From assembly GCA_051294375.1 (NCBI GenBank), contig CM119265.1:22964099-23028098 (forward strand): a stretch of 64,000 bases of DNA, written 5' to 3'. Shown here in pieces: positions 34,353-49,187 of this stretch (its first letter is position 1; each line of letters starts with the position of its first letter). The position numbers and the translations under genes were made by a program. This DNA is from Paraspadella gotoi. Lineage: Eukaryota > Animalia > Chaetognatha. The notes below the pieces were generated by a model, which was not told the DNA's origin, made no database searches, and saw nothing but the letters and a program-made list of their open reading frames with translations.

Positions 34353-34699
34353 CTCTCTCTCCTCTCTCCTCTCTCTCTCTCTCATCAGTCCCTGCATCGT
34401 TCCACTGTTACTTCAGTTTTCTCCCACTTTTCGATTACCCGCCACTTCTGCTGCTGCCTGCTGCCTGTGCTAGAGTGCTCGCTGCGCGTCACTTTAATTT
34501 AACAAAGTCTGCAAATTTGTTGTATACATGCTTCGACTAATCATCCTTTTCGATCCGTTCATCGAACGTAAGACTCACCATCAACACATCTACTTGTGGT
34601 ACTCTACCATTTGCCCTTAACACTACCAATGTTTAAAAGTGCAAACCCGATGTTCGTTCAAACGATAATCAAACTCTCTTTCAGAACAGACACTTACAT

Positions 34700-35052
34700 C
34701 TCGACCTTAATTTTCCACGAATGCCCCATTTCATCTTAGATTAAGAATTTTCAAATAAATTAATTTTACTGTTAAAGATTTAAAAGGAGAGTAAAAGAAA
34801 AAAGGTAAGTTTAGGGTTTAGGGTTGGGATTAGGTAGGAACTTAGTTTTCGAGTTGTCGAAACCAATTACGGTTAAAGATACGGATTGGCTTTAAGATTA
34901 AAGTTAACGTTAAGGATATGTTTCGAATTAAGATTATGAATAGGGTGGAGGTTATGGGTTTGTTACAGAATAAGGTTCAAAAAATAAAGTTTTAAAATGA
35001 ATTTGGGGATTTAAGAAACAGAAATGGGGCGGTTTTGGAATAGAGGAGCCCG
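34700..35052. mobile_element. MITE with a degenerate TTAGGG-like core, absent from copy B
   Basis: Inverted gccccatttc (34723-34732) / gaaatggggc (35021-35030). Core ttagggtttagggttgggattagg. Flanked by acat on both sides. Copy B reads through at ~55000-55015 without it. Confidence 0.6.
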
Positions 35053-35314
35053 ACATTCACTCGTTAGCCACCGCAAACCGGGATTTCTCCACACACAACG
35101 ATTCCGCCCTCCAAACGCCCTTTCCCTGTCCTTCTTTTAAATTCCTCCATTTTTTCCCCCTTTTTTTTTTCTTTTTCCCATTATTTTCTCCTTTTTGCCC
35201 TTTCAAAGAAATGTTTCATATGTTTGAGCATACGTTTCATTTACTTTCTCGCACGAAGCGACACAAACTTTGCAAACCAAAGATGCTGTTTCTTTCTCTC
35301 GTTCTCTCTCTCTG

Positions 35315-35345
<31 letters not shown>

Positions 35346-38300
35346 TCTCTCTCTGACTCTCTCTCTCTCTCTCTCTCTCTGCATTCATCGTCCTATAAGG
35401 AAAAACAGAAGCCTGTCTTAGTCTCTCATATAGATTCCGTGCCATTGTTACTCTCTTGCAACTTTCACATTGTGAGAGCTTACTCGTACCAAAGCGAATA
35501 AACTTTTTTTCTCTTTTAAAGCTTCTAAATTCTCTCGCTCCCTTTTCTGCCATTAAGACTTAAGTTGTTGTTCTTCGTTGCTTTCCTTTTGTTTACTTTA
35601 GTTGCGTTCTCGAAAAAGCCTCCAGGGCTGCGAATGACTTTCGGAGCTTCAACAGAATCCGAGAATTCCCAACATATCCACCGCTTCTTATATTTTATTA
35701 TTACCATAGAAATATTCAGTGTCTATTTTCTCGCTCTTTTTTTATAAGTTTAATTTTTGAGTTTGGCTATTTCTCCGTATTTTATTTTCTTCTTATCGTT
35801 TGATCCTTCTTAGATTGTAGGGTACTACGAATAACTAATATTATTTTTAAAACTTAATATTTCATAAAGCCTCAACTTCAGATTCAAATTACTGAATTTA
35901 TAATGATAAGATACTGAAATCATTTATATAAGATAAACACAATCTGTTGTTATTAAACTACTCACAAGACTCACACTCCAGTCTTGATATTAGTGAACTT
36001 CCTCAACTTGTCCAGCTGATAAAGCATAAAATATATTTAAAGAGATTTTAATCTTTAATCATAATTCATTCTCAATACGATATTCATAAAGTGTACTACG
36101 CTCTCGCTGCTTATCCAAGCAATATACACAACGACCATCTCTCCAACTATCACATCCCTTACATCAAATCTTTCCCGACTTCAACTAGAATTATCTCATC
36201 CTGTTCATCATTCATCACTACATAATCAAACATATCGATACTCTAACATTCCTGAACTACCTACATACACTCCTGCTTCTCTCTCGAATCTGCCTTCTCT
36301 CCCTACAACCCGCAACAGATGATCTCTACGATCTCTTTCACTAGAATATATTGTATTCTCTTTTATTACCTTTTTGTCATAATTATATCACTCCCTCTCT
36401 CGGAGCCTCAATCTATTACCCTACACCTACCTCCCTTAACACATGAATTCATAGAAAGTCCATCCTAACTCCACATCTCTTATGATCTTTCCACTGCTCT
36501 CTAATACCGCATTACATTCTTTCGATTCCGAGAAGACGTCTTATCTCATTGTGTGTCCCTTATTTTACGCGTCGAATCTTCCCCCCCCCCCCCGATATAG
36601 GTTTCCTGGTACCACACACCCTTCCTCCCCCCTACATCCACCATCTCTCCTCATTCGATCTCCCGAATTCCCAAAAGTTTCGAACTCACATTTTAGATTT
36701 ACAATTTTAACAGTACAAAAAAAATAAAATTCGTCGGTCGAATAATTTTCGATAATTTGTAATCGATTATAGATAAGATCTGGTAATAAAAATTGTGATG
36801 GCATGTGTGAAAGTTTGAATTTCACAAGAGACTTGATTAAGATAGAACGTTAGGCGCTGAAGGAATTATATCATATTTCACTTCGCGCGTAATAACATCG
36901 AGATAGTATTTTCTACATATTATTAACCAACCACATTCTCGGCTATAAATTTACATAAATAAATTGTATTTCTTGGTTATATACAAAGTATGAAATACAT
37001 CTTTTCGTGTTCTTAACTCCATTTTACTCTTTGTTTTAATCATTTCATACTTACGAATATCTTTTATGACTATAATTACATTATATACAGTTCATTAGGA
37101 TTAGGAATCACTACAGGGAGCACTGAATCCATGTGGGCGCACATCTTACGGGCCGTGATACTAATGGAGATGCAATTCATATGTGGGACGCAATTGCTAC
37201 ATGAGTGAATCCATTGGGGCGCAATTTTAAGGAGCCCCAATAATAATTGTGGCATCTGCAGACTACCCATATTAATTACAATAAAATATACAAATTATAC
37301 AATTTATTATTCTCTTGCTTTTCAAATCTTTATTATTTTTTTCTTAATTTTCTATTCATATCACCTTTATATTATTTCCTTCATCTCATCCCTCCTTTTC
37401 CATTTTACCTAAATTCTTTAGACTTTATAATATTTTCATAATAGCCCATAATAGTTATTCTCATATTATATTCTTTCCGATAATTTCCCATCTCTTATCA
37501 TCTTATTCGTGTATACCATCTTTTTCTTTTCATCGTCTCATAATCAATAGCTTCTCTCTCCATGTTCTTTTCAAGATTCATACTCCCAGATATACTCTTT
37601 CCATCTTCATCTTTCCATACATACTCCTACTTTCAAATTTGACAATATTATATATCTTCTCATTTCCATCTTCCTATCCCATTATCTACTGTATGTAACC
37701 TACATACTTCGTAGCCTTAACACATCATATTCCTACCAAATAATGCTTTTCTCTATTTTCATCAATTATACCGACTTCTTCTTTATTTCTCCCTTTACTT
37801 TTTATTTCTCCTTACACTTTTATTTTTCTTTCACTCCTTTATCTTATCTCGTTTCATTCTTCTTTTTTTTATTAATTTCCGAGTTCGAATGAGATTCGAC
37901 GGAAAGATAAACTCAGATTGATAACGAAAAATAAATAGAAAAAGAATCCGTGACAAGATAACTAAACGACCTTTGTTACAGAAATGTAACATTCTGGACA
38001 AAAAATGAAAATTAAAAAGGAGGTAAGAAAGATAAAAATTATGACATTCATATAACTATAATATATAATTATATTATTCTATCATATCTCACTCTCATAC
38101 TCTATTTATACTACTTTCTTCTCTACTCTTCATTACTCTACTCTCTTCTCTCTCTCTTCATTTCTTATCTTTCATTATCTTTCTCTCTCTCCTCTTCTCT
38201 CTCTCTTCCATCCATCTCGTCTCTCCATCTCTACTCTTCTCTACTTATCTTTCTTATCATCTCTCTCTCTCACTCATCTCTTCTTTCTTTCTCTCTCCAT

Positions 38301-40085
38301 CTCTCATCTCTATCTCTTCATCTCTCTCTCATCTCTCTCTCTCATCTCTACATTCTTCATCATCACTCTCTATTTTCTCTCTCTCTCATCTCTTCATCTC
38401 TCATCATCTCTCTACTCTTTCTTTCTTTCTTCATCATCCTACATATCTTCTCTATACATTCTATATTTTACTCTCATCATCATCATTTCTACTATCTCAA
38501 ATCTCTTATACCTACATACATCTCTCATCTCTTTCTCACTCGTCTGCTCGATACTCTCTTTCTCGTCATGATCAGAATACGCACTCTTCATCTCTGCGAC
38601 GCAATCAAATCAACTTTCTCCGTTTATCCTCACAATAATACTCTAATATAATTAAACATTACATTGCATGCGACGGAAACGGAATCTCATGCATGATTAC
38701 ATCGGTGTGTACTCGAAAAAAGAGAGTCGAAAGAACTTAATTTAAGAAAGAAGATTGTGAATGTTCAAAATATTGTAGATATTACGAGATAAAGAGATAT
38801 ATAAATAAATATTAATGTTAAAGTAAATCTCAGCAAGTAATAACATAATAATAAAAAATAGTAATAAAGCATTTAAATAAGATATTCCCAAAGTGATAGA
38901 ACATAATTAATTATATAACTGCCTATTAATGGCAAGTAAAATGAGAAAGAAAAAGGTTGTGTGATAATGATAGTGAACCAAAATCTATAAAGAAGCAAAG
39001 ATGAATAACAGAAGGAGATGAAATATACAATCGAATGGTGCAGTAATCACATGATAGTTAGCAGACTCTCTTCTGTGAGAAACGCATCCACAACTGAAGA
39101 ATATATAATTCAATAACATAAAAAACCAATAATAAAAACATAAAATAATAATAATAATTAGATTTTAGTATGTTATAAAGATATATTATAAAACATGATT
39201 AAGTTAACAAACTGAAATCATACTAAAATTTGATAAGATGTGGGTGATGGTTTGTGAGAGCTCATCCAAAGATTGGGGAGCTAAAGGGAACTGAAACGAA
39301 TCTCTGTCGCCCTTAACGCCCCGGAGGAAGATACGTCTCTCCTCTCATTTTAATAGTACGAAGATTAGTTATTAGAGTTTTTTATAGTATTTGTTTTTGT
39401 TTAATGCTTGCCTCGTTCCAGCTGCGAGAAACCAGTCTCGCAATAACACCTCTCGTTATGTTAACTCCCTTCTCCCTCGGTCCTATGAACCTGCCATCTG
39501 GCTATACATCTCGAACGAGAGGGAAGTTGTTTCTCTACGTAAGCTGTCACTCTCGCTTCCTTCCCTGCATCGTCACTGTGCTCTGCAGCGTTTTCAGGTG
39601 TTGCTGAGTACCTCTCACTCACCTGATAGCGACATCAGTTTAGACCCTGGTTTAGTTGCTCGTAAGCTCGCCTCGCACTAGATTCAGGTCTGGAGCTATA
39701 GTGTTGTGGCGTGGGCTCACCAATTATGTGTAAAGAAGAATGTATATTGATAATTATTTAATTTATCTCTCGCACTCTACTATGCGACTCGCACACACTC
39801 TCTAAAGCTCAGAATAAGGATTAAATTTGTATGGAATCGAGTACATCTTTGATTCCTCTCGAGTTATTAATGAGTTTTTTGACCACAAAGTCGCGTAAGT
39901 TATACCCCACCCATAGTACACCAGAGGTTACAGAGAGAGAGATCTCGGGGTAAAGAATATGACGAGACAAAGCTGGTAGATAACAGCCCAACATGCCGCT
40001 ATAATGTTATAATCGTGATTGCCTCTTGTTAACTTTTTCGGCGACGCATAATAACTCTCTCTCTCGTTACTCGTCTATACTCTCT

Positions 40086-40128
<43 letters not shown>

Positions 40129-40298
40129 CCACTTCTTCCGCCTTCAATCTTCTTAAGGTAAAAAAACGTCAAGAAAAATCTTTTCCACCTTTTTGTCGTT
40201 AAATCCCAGCAAATGGGATTTCCCCTCTTTGCCCTCGACTCCAATCTCGACGTTCTTTTTCTCTTCTCGACTCAAATTTCTCTACAGTGATTGCCACT

Positions 40299-40332
<34 letters not shown>

Positions 40333-40335
40333 TCT

Positions 40336-40373
<38 letters not shown>

Positions 40374-40411
40374 CTCTCTCCCTCAATCTAACCATCATTT
40401 CTCTCCCTCTC

Positions 40412-40442
<31 letters not shown>

Positions 40443-42104
40443 TCTCTCTCTCTCCCTCTCTCTCTCTACTATCTCCTCTCAATCTCTCCCTTCTCTTCAC
40501 TTCCTTATCTTAATGATCCTGCCCCCGAACTTACTTGTCTCCGCGCTTTTTCTTTTCCCCTCAGCTTTTTTCCTCGCTTTCCTTCTCGTTTCTTTAAAGT
40601 GAATCAAGCTTTTATAGTCTTTTCACTTTTTCACAAAGTTTCGCTTCACGGTTGTTTGTCTTCGTTTATTTTAAACTGGATTTCGACCTTAAAGTTTTAC
40701 CCCAACCCTTTTTTTTTTCTTGGAAGGCGTGATTTTCTGTTTCCCAATTTGTGATTCTCTCGTCGCTGTTTGTTTTTTGCGTTTTTATTTCCCGTTTTGT
40801 ACTTTGAATCTGTCTATTTTTTCATTTATCCTATTTTTTCAAACTTTTTTTGTTTATTGTTTGGTTTACCTTTGTTAATTTCACTTTTATACATGGTCAT
40901 ACCTGTACGACCTTGATGTTCAATTTATCCTGATGCAGTCATTGGGAGAAAAAAATGAATGTAATTTGGGTCTTGTCAGCAAAACTGATTTCTGAGAGAG
41001 TTTCAATTTCGTTTTTCTTCGTCGAGCTCTCTCTCTCTCTTATAGACCTCTCATTCTTGTCTCTGCGTTCAATTCTCATCTCTCTCTCCTCTCTCTCTCT
41101 CTCTCCTCTCTTTCACCTCATACTCCTTCTTAGTTCATAAATATTTCTGTGCTATTTATTATTCTCGGAGAAGGAAGTCGATGCAGCCTCACTTTCTGAC
41201 CGACAGAGAGGGAGAGCGAGAGGAGGATCAAGGAAGAAGGAGAAGAGACAGGAGAGTGAAAGCAGCAGGGGAAGAGAGAGAGAGAGAGAGTCGAGACAGG
41301 AGAGAGAGAGAGAGAGACGTGCGGACAGATAGTAGACTAGGGACTCAAGACTAGCTCCTAGGAAAAAGAAAGAGAAAAAAAGTTCGAGTTTACTTTCTAG
41401 AAATTTTCTTAATAGATATGAAAAGCGAAAGCGAAGATAAACAAAACACATAAAAAATAAACATAGAGCCGGACAAAAGAGACGAAAAATACAAAGGAGA
41501 AAGAAAAGAGAAAAAGGTTAAAAATCAAAGTCCTTTTCGCCAGGTTTCATTTGGCAAATTTCATTTGTTTGTCTTCGCTTGTTTGCACCTGCTTCTATGC
41601 GTCGGGAGGCTCAGATATTACTCTCTCTCCTCTCTCTCTCCTCTCTCTGTCATCATCTCATTGTCTTTTATATAACTAAATCTCGCTCTTCTCTCTCTCT
41701 CGTCTCGCTCTCTCTCTATCTCTACTCTACAATATTTTCGCTAACTTTTTTTCATGCCCTCATTTTTTTTTTAGTTTTCAGGTGCTCTGAAAATTTGTAG
41801 AAAGTCATATTTTCTCGTGACTCGCCAGCAGAGTTATGGTTTACTATGGAAGTAAAAAAGAAAAAAAAACAGAGATTTTTTTTTAGAATCCTATTTTTTT
41901 TCTTCCAAAATTGTTAACTGAAATGAAAATTATTACAAATTTTCACTCTATTTTTTTTAAAGATTTGTATTTTTGATTCCTAATTTCTTTTACCTTGAAT
42001 TCTTTTTTTTTCAGAAGAATTATTACTCTTTTTTGTGTTAGTTTTATTTCTCTTTTTTATCCTTCTTCTTGTACAACAACACACAACCCGCACACACTCT
42101 CTCT

Positions 42105-42136
<32 letters not shown>

Positions 42137-42589
42137 TCTCTCCTCTCTCTCTCTCTCTTCTCGCTTTCTCTCTCTCTCTCTCTCTCTCTACTCACTCTAA
42201 ATCTCTCTTCTCTCTCTTCAATTCCATTCCATGGAGTTCGCTCCCCAGTTAGTTCGTTCTTCACATTTAGCAAAAGGCGGCAAGGCGATTTTCCTCATCA
42301 AGCAGCATTAGGCAAAACAATAGTTCCAGCGTGACTCAACGGACGTAACCGGACGACGATGACAACGATGACAACATAACAAACATAACGATGACTACGA
42401 CAATGGACAACAGAGACGGACAGATAAACATCATAACTTGTCAACGAAGACATTTCTAAGATGACATGATATCGTCATGTCATGACAGGAAACTGACTTG
42501 TCATGAAGCCAACGGAAGTTATGCAAATAGTTACAATCCATGTAAGAATCAGCTGCTCTTGAAGACAAACATTAGACTTTGCGAATTGG

Positions 42590-44622
42590 TGCGTTTTTTT
42601 TTTTTTAAGCCACTTTCGTAAGTTTGGCTATTTCTCCTTTTTTTTCTTTCTCTTTTGTCTTCTTAGTTTAGGGACGAATATATTATTTTATTTTTAACTT
42701 TAATACTAAAGCCTCCTTCTGTTAAAATTCGTATTATAAGTGATACAAGATATAAGATAACCAATCCTGCTAGTATTTAAAAACTACTCACATTCTCACA
42801 CTCACGGTCTTGTTTATTAACCCAGAGACAACTTGCTTCCTATTAAACGTAAAAGAATATATAAGTGAATATGTTAAAAGTTTTTATCTTATTATTCTCC
42901 ATACGTTTCCTAATGTACTCGCTCCTATCCCAGCTCCAACGACCTCTCATCCAACTATCCTCCCTACTCCTTTCCAGACTTCCACTGATTATTCTCCTCC
43001 TCCTCCTCCTCCTCCTCTCCTCCTCCTCCTCTCCTCCCGACTCCTTTCTTCCTACAAAACGATCTCTCGTCTCTGTCACTACTTTTGTTACTTTTTTTCC
43101 TTTTTTGTCTTTATTCCTCCCTCTCTCGGGCCATCCTCCTCCTCCTCCTTCCTCCTCCTCCTCTCCTCCTCCTCTCTTTGATCTTCCCTGCTCTCTTTCT
43201 CCATTCTCTTTCTTTCGAAGAGACGCTTATCTATTGTGTCCTTTTCTTCGTCCGACTCTTCCGCCCCCGGGTCCTTCCACACCCCTTTCTCCCCCCTTCC
43301 ACCTCCCCTCCCATCGTCTCCCGAATTCCCAAGTTTCGACTCCATTTTAGTTTACGTTTCAAATTTTACGTAAAAAATAAACATTTGTGATTTTTTCGAT
43401 TTTGTTCGTTTAGATAAGATCTGTTAAAAAAATTGTGTTTTGTTCATGTGTGAAGTTTGATTTTCCCAGAGCTAGTAGATAAACCAAGCTTGATAAGATG
43501 AAACGTTGCGCTGAGGAATTATATCTATTTCCCTTCGCGTAAATACCATCGAGATAGTATTTCTACTATTAGCCCACCTTCTCGTCTTAATTTTCTAAAA
43601 TAAATAAAATTTATTTCTTTGTTTTACAAAAAGTTGAATACATTCTTTTCGTGTTCTCTTTATCCATTTTACTCTTATTTCATCTTAGTTCCTTTTTTGA
43701 CTATTTACCGTTTATTCGATATCATTCAATCTAGTATCTATTTTCTTGATCTACTTCTGCATTTTTCCAATATTCATTCAATATATCAATTATTATCATT
43801 TATTATTCTCTTGCTTTTCAAATCTTTATATTTTTTCTTATTTTCTTTCATTCCACCTTTATTTTCCTTCATCTCATCCCTCCTCCATTTTAACCTTAAT
43901 TTCTTTAAGACTTTATATTTTTTTCTTGCCCCATATTTAGTCTATTTCCATTTATTTCTTTCCGATGATTTCCCATCTCTTTCCATCTTTCTTTCCATCT
44001 TTTCTTTTCATCTTCTCCTTCTATCTTCTCTCTCCATGTTCTCTTCCATATTCTCTCTATTTCTCTTTCCATCTTCTCTTTCCATCTTCTCTTTCAATAT
44101 TTTCTTCTATCTTCTCTTTCCATCTTCTCTATCCATCTTCTCTATTCCTCTTCTCGCTCCTCCAATTGCTTTGTCTTATCTCTACAATTCGCTCCTTTTT
44201 TTTTTTTTCCTCTCCTTTACTTTTTTTTCTCCTTTACTTTTTTTCTTCCTCCTTTTATCTTATCTCGTTTCTTTTCTTCTTCTTTTTTTTTATTTCCGGT
44301 GCGAAATGGTTTCGCGAAGATTAAACAATGATACGAAAAAATAAATAAAAAATGCGTAACAAGAAACAAAAACCGCCTTGTGGTCAGAAATGAATTCTAG
44401 GGAAACAAAAAAGAAATAAAAAAGAGGAAGAAAGGAATAATAATGACTTTATCACTTTATTTATATATATATATATATTTCTCTCTCTCTCTCTCTCTTC
44501 TCTTCTCTACTCTCTTTCTCCTCTCTCTCTCTCTCTCCTCTCTTCTCTCTCTTCTATTCTCTACTTCTCTTCTCTCTCTCGTCTCTCTCTCCTCTTTCTC
44601 TCTCTCTCTCTCGTTCTCCTTC

Positions 44623-44655
<33 letters not shown>

Positions 44656-47312
44656 CCGCTCTCTTTCTTTCTTTCTTTCTCTCTCTCTCTCTGGTCGCTC
44701 GCTCTTCTTTCTTTTCTTTCCTTTTCTCTCTCTCTCTCCTCTAGGTCTCTTCCAGTTCTTTCTTTCTCTCTATCTCTTCTCTCTCATGCTCCTCTTTTTC
44801 CTCTCTCTCCCTCTCTTCGTCTCATCTCCTCTCAAGCTCTCTTATCTCGTCTCTCTCTCTCTCTCTCTGCGACGCAACTCAAAACTTTTTTTTTTCCGTA
44901 ATTCTCAATTCATTTTCAGGTGCCGCGGACGGACATCTCGACGGTAAAAAGAGGAAGCGAAACTTCATTAAAAAAAAAGTGTATGAGAATGAGAGAAAAG
45001 GTATTTTTAAAGTAAAAAATCAAAGTAAAGTGTTAACATTATAATAGAGTATACATATAAAGTTTCCATTGTAGCAACATTTATTAATTAACTGCTTATG
45101 CCAATCTAAAGATGAAAAGCCAAAAAAAAGAGCTATTAAAAAAAAATATAACATGCAAATGATACAGAAGGGATTCAGCTCATTGTCGCAGTAATCCCCC
45201 CCAAATTATCTCAAAACGCACCACGCTCGAACATTGACAGGATTTAAAAGTTCATAAACATGAAATCATAAAACGCACTTATACGTAATCATACTAAAAA
45301 AATTGATAGAAGAAATTTTATATTTATACCATACAAAATAACAAAACTTATAATCATACTAAATTGAAATTGATAAAGAGATTTAGATTTCATATAGACC
45401 TTTCCTCCTAAAGGGATTGGAGCTGAAAGGAACTGAAACGACATCTGCGTGCCGCCCTCTAACGCCCCGGAGGGAAACGTCTCCTCGCGGGGCCATTTAT
45501 TAATAGTGGAGGACGAAAGATTAGTTTTTCTATTAGATTTTTTATATAGTTTTTATAGTTTTTTTTTTTTTTTTTTTTAATGCTGCCCCTCGGTTCCAGC
45601 TGGCGAAACCAGCTCCATCCCCTCGTCGTTATGTACTCCTTCTCGCAGGCTGAGAACGCTGCGCACATGCGTGATAACGGAGGGGATTATTTCTCAAATC
45701 CAAACTTCACTCTTCGCTCTTGTACGCGCTTTCACTCTCTGTTCACGACTTTTCAACATGTTTCACCTCACTGTGCCTTACAGTATTAGAGCCCGATCTC
45801 CTTATTTATGCAAGGCCTCACTAGAATCTATTCACAGACACCTTATATGGTGGGCTCACCAATATATGAAAAGAAAAATATACGAAGGCTACATTGTACT
45901 TTTTACATTATAGCAATGGGCGAAGAAATTATAATAACGCGAATAAGATAAATTGTTTGATCGAGTATCTGTTCCTTTCTTTATAATGGGATTTGACGCA
46001 GAAGTCGCGAATTACCCGACCATTATCAACCGATTACAGAAGAGAGAGGAATCGCGGTAAAATTGACGAGACGAAAGCTGGTAGATATACAGCCAACAGT
46101 GATGCCCGTATATTTTTATATTATTCGGCCTCTTTTTAACTCTTTCGGGCTATATACCTCTCTCTGCCTCTCTCATCCGTCCTCTCTCTCTCTGATCCTC
46201 CTTCACTCCTCCTCCATGTTCCTCCTCTCTCCCGTCCGGCATCGTCTCTCGTCTTCCTCTCTCCTCTTCTCTCTCTCTCTTCCTCTCTCGCCACTTCTTT
46301 CCCGTCAAATCTTCTTAGGTAAATAAAACTAAAGAAAAGAAAAATCTTTCCACCTTTTGGTCGTATAATTGATCCCAGCTGAAATGCGGATTATTTTTTT
46401 TCGCCGTGGTCTGGTTCGCCAAACGGTCATCTCAACTTTCTTTTTTCTCTTCCTCGCGTGACCAAGATTTTCCTAACATTTCCACTCTCATCTTTCTCTT
46501 CTCTCGTCTTCCTCTCTCTCCTAGTCTCGTCCAGCTCATCTCCATTCTGTGAGCTCTGCGCCTCCTGTTCTCTCTCGCTTGTCTTCCTCTCCTCGCTCCA
46601 CGTCACTCCTCAACAGTCTAACCTCATTTCCTCTCTCTCAATCTCTCTCTCCTCGCATCATGTATCGGTCGTCTCGCTCGTGGTTGGTCTTCGCTCTCCT
46701 CTGCGTCTCTCGTCTCTGTCCTTCTGTCTCTTATTCTCATCATCTCTCTCTCATTCTCTCTCTCTCACCTATCTCCTCTCAAATCTCTTCCTATCTCTCA
46801 GCTTTCCTTATCTTAATGAATCTCTGTGGCCTCCGAACCTACTTTTCTTCGCGCAAAGCCTGTTTTCTTTTTTTCCGCCTCAGCGTATTTTTTCCCTCCT
46901 GCCGGCTTTCCTTCTCGTTTTTTCTTGATTAAAAGTGAAATCAACTTTTTAGTCTTTTGATTTTTAACTGACAGTTTCGCTCACGAGTTGTTGTGTTACT
47001 CTTCGTTTTTATTTTTAAACCTGGATTATATCTTTAAAAGTTTTTTTAGCCTATTTTGTAAATTTTTTTTTCTTGGAAAGGGCGGTGGAGTTTTCGTTCT
47101 CCTTGTTTCAGTTTGTGATTCTTCGCTCTCGCTATAATCTTTTTTTTTTTTTTTGTTTATTTCCGTTTTGTTACTGTTGAAATCCTTTTTTTCCCTTTTT
47201 CATATATTTTATTCTTCATATATATTAATATTTATGTTAATTTTTGGTTGGTTCAACCTTTTGTTGTAATATACTTCCACACTTTTTAATTTTTAACATG
47301 GTAGATACCGTG
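42590..47312. repeat. Third, partial copy (C) of the duplicated block
   Basis: Collinear with ~35740-40910 and ~56540-61100. Confidence 0.85.
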
Positions 47313-47596
47313 NNNNNNNNNNNNNNNNNNNNNNNNNACTATGCAGTTTGTTTTCTCCGAAGCGAATTTAGGGAAACTTGAACCAACATTGCACTTGGGT
47401 TGCCTGATTGGGTTTGGCTGGGTAAGGGTAAGGCTGGGTAAGTTTGGCTGCGGTAAGGGTTCAGGACGAGAAAGGACGATCCTGTTTTGGGGTGATAAGG
47501 TGGTGACAGGAGTGGTAGGGTTCGGTGGCTGGAGTGGGGGGGTGGAAGGGAAGGAAACGAAAGGACAAGGTCGAAGCTAAAAGACATGGATCGCGG

Positions 47597-47636
<40 letters not shown>

Positions 47637-48939
47637 AGAGAGAGAGAGAGAGAGAGAGGGAGGGGGGGGGGTGGGGGGGTAAGAGAGAGGAGAGAGAGAG
47701 GAGAGAAAGAGAGAGATGAGAGAGAGAAGAGGAGGAGAGAGATTGAGAGAGAGAGAGAGGAAAGAGAGAGAGAGGAGCATTATGGTTGACTTTCCTCTCC
47801 ACTATCTCGACCCACTGATTGGTTCCATCCCGACTCAGCCCGCGGACCTACCCCGGCGACGGAGTGGTTCGCTCCTGATTCGCTCGTCTTCGCCCGCCGA
47901 AGGAAGAGGATTCTCTTCTTCTCTTTCTCACCTCTCTCTCCTTTCGCCTCCTCTTGCGGGTCTACTCTCGGGCATTTCGGGAGAAATTTATCATTTCTCA
48001 TGAAAAATCATCAATGCAATAGCGAAAAGTATATGAAGCATTTTATATTTATGGCGTTCGCAATCGCTAAGCGACTTTGCGATGATATTAGTATTGCTTT
48101 TACCACTAAGTGCGTTCGTCGTCGTCCGTCGTCCGCGTTTCCAAATTATAGATCGCCTTTTTTATGATTAATTTGGTGTATGAAGCTGAAAATATATACA
48201 GCTTAATTTTTCTTTTCTCAAATTTAATTTTTTAGTATCAAAATTTGTCATCAATCCAGATTTTTCTTATGCTATTACCGACGATCCTTATGCTTTAAGA
48301 TTTTTTTATAGAAATAATAACTTTAAAAAATAAAAATAAATGGTATAATTTTACTTTTACCGCCGGCGGTAGTTAGGGTAATTCGCCGTAATAATTAAAA
48401 AAAAAATGTTTAAATAAATATTTTTAAAAACGAACGGCCAAAACACCGGTCGCGCGAAACATAAATTTTAACATAAAATTATCAATTTTCCCATATTTTT
48501 AATCTTGTATTATCACTACTTGCTTGTCAGTCTGATCAAGTTTCACTTTGTCTTTTGTCTGGGAATGCTGACAGTTTAGGAGAGGTCGCGTTCGATTACA
48601 CTGCTTTCTTTATGCGGGCTAAAAGGTAACAAAAGTTCCTTCAATAATGTCTATCCAGACTTAGTGTTAAGATTATAATTTATAATTAGTTTTCAGAATA
48701 AAAATTATATATGGGTTATAGAGTAACATAAAAAAAATTTCGTCTATACAAATTTTTAGAAATGGCCTAAATTTTCGTGAGAGCAGGTGCTAATTCAAAT
48801 TTCTTAACCACCTTACTAGGGAGTTAACCCCTAAACTGGCTCGTCGTGAATTCATGTTCCCAAAAAAATGCAAGACTTCAGATATTACTTCAATTTAAAA
48901 AAAGAATTTGATATCTAACTAAAAAGACTTAAAGAATAG

Positions 48940-49019
48940 CTCCCCGGCGGGACCGTCCGGTATCGAACCGCGTCTCTCGCGTGACAGGCGAGGATACTTC
49001 CACCACTATACTACGAGGA
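48940..49019 (-). tRNA. tRNA-Asp(GTC), with indel noise (or pseudogene)
   Basis: Minus strand TCCTCG-TAGTATAGTGGT..AGTATCCTCGCCTGTCACGCGAGAGAC..GGTTCGAT...CGGGGAG matches eukaryotic tRNA-Asp. T-run ~15 nt downstream. Confidence 0.8.
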
Positions 49020-49093
49020 CTGGTGCTTCTGGTATAATTTCTTAATAAGATGATTTCCGATAACAATAATTTTTTTAGTATTGAAAAAAAATT

Positions 49094-49187
49094 TCCCTCG
49101 AGCCGCCGTATTCGAGACCAGCGACCTAAGGATTACTGCTTCTGAACCCAACTACAGTCCTCCGCTTACAACTTGAGCTATCAAGGG
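49094..49187 (-). tRNA. tRNA-Tyr(GTA) with ~18-nt intron, with indel noise
   Basis: CCCTTGATAGCTCA..GCGGAGGACTGTAG-[intron]-ATCCTTAGGTCGCTGGT..CGAAT..GGCTCGAGGGA, followed by a T-run Pol III terminator. Confidence 0.85.

Larger units (their letters stand above)
29310..41980. repeat. Copy A of a ~13-15 kb direct duplication (copy B 47340-62269)
   Basis: Collinear matches throughout, e.g. 30084-31249 vs 50191-51462, 32940-33630 vs 53210-53930, 41500-41980 vs 61850-62269. The stretch 35700-39900 is extremely indel-rich. Confidence 0.9.
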
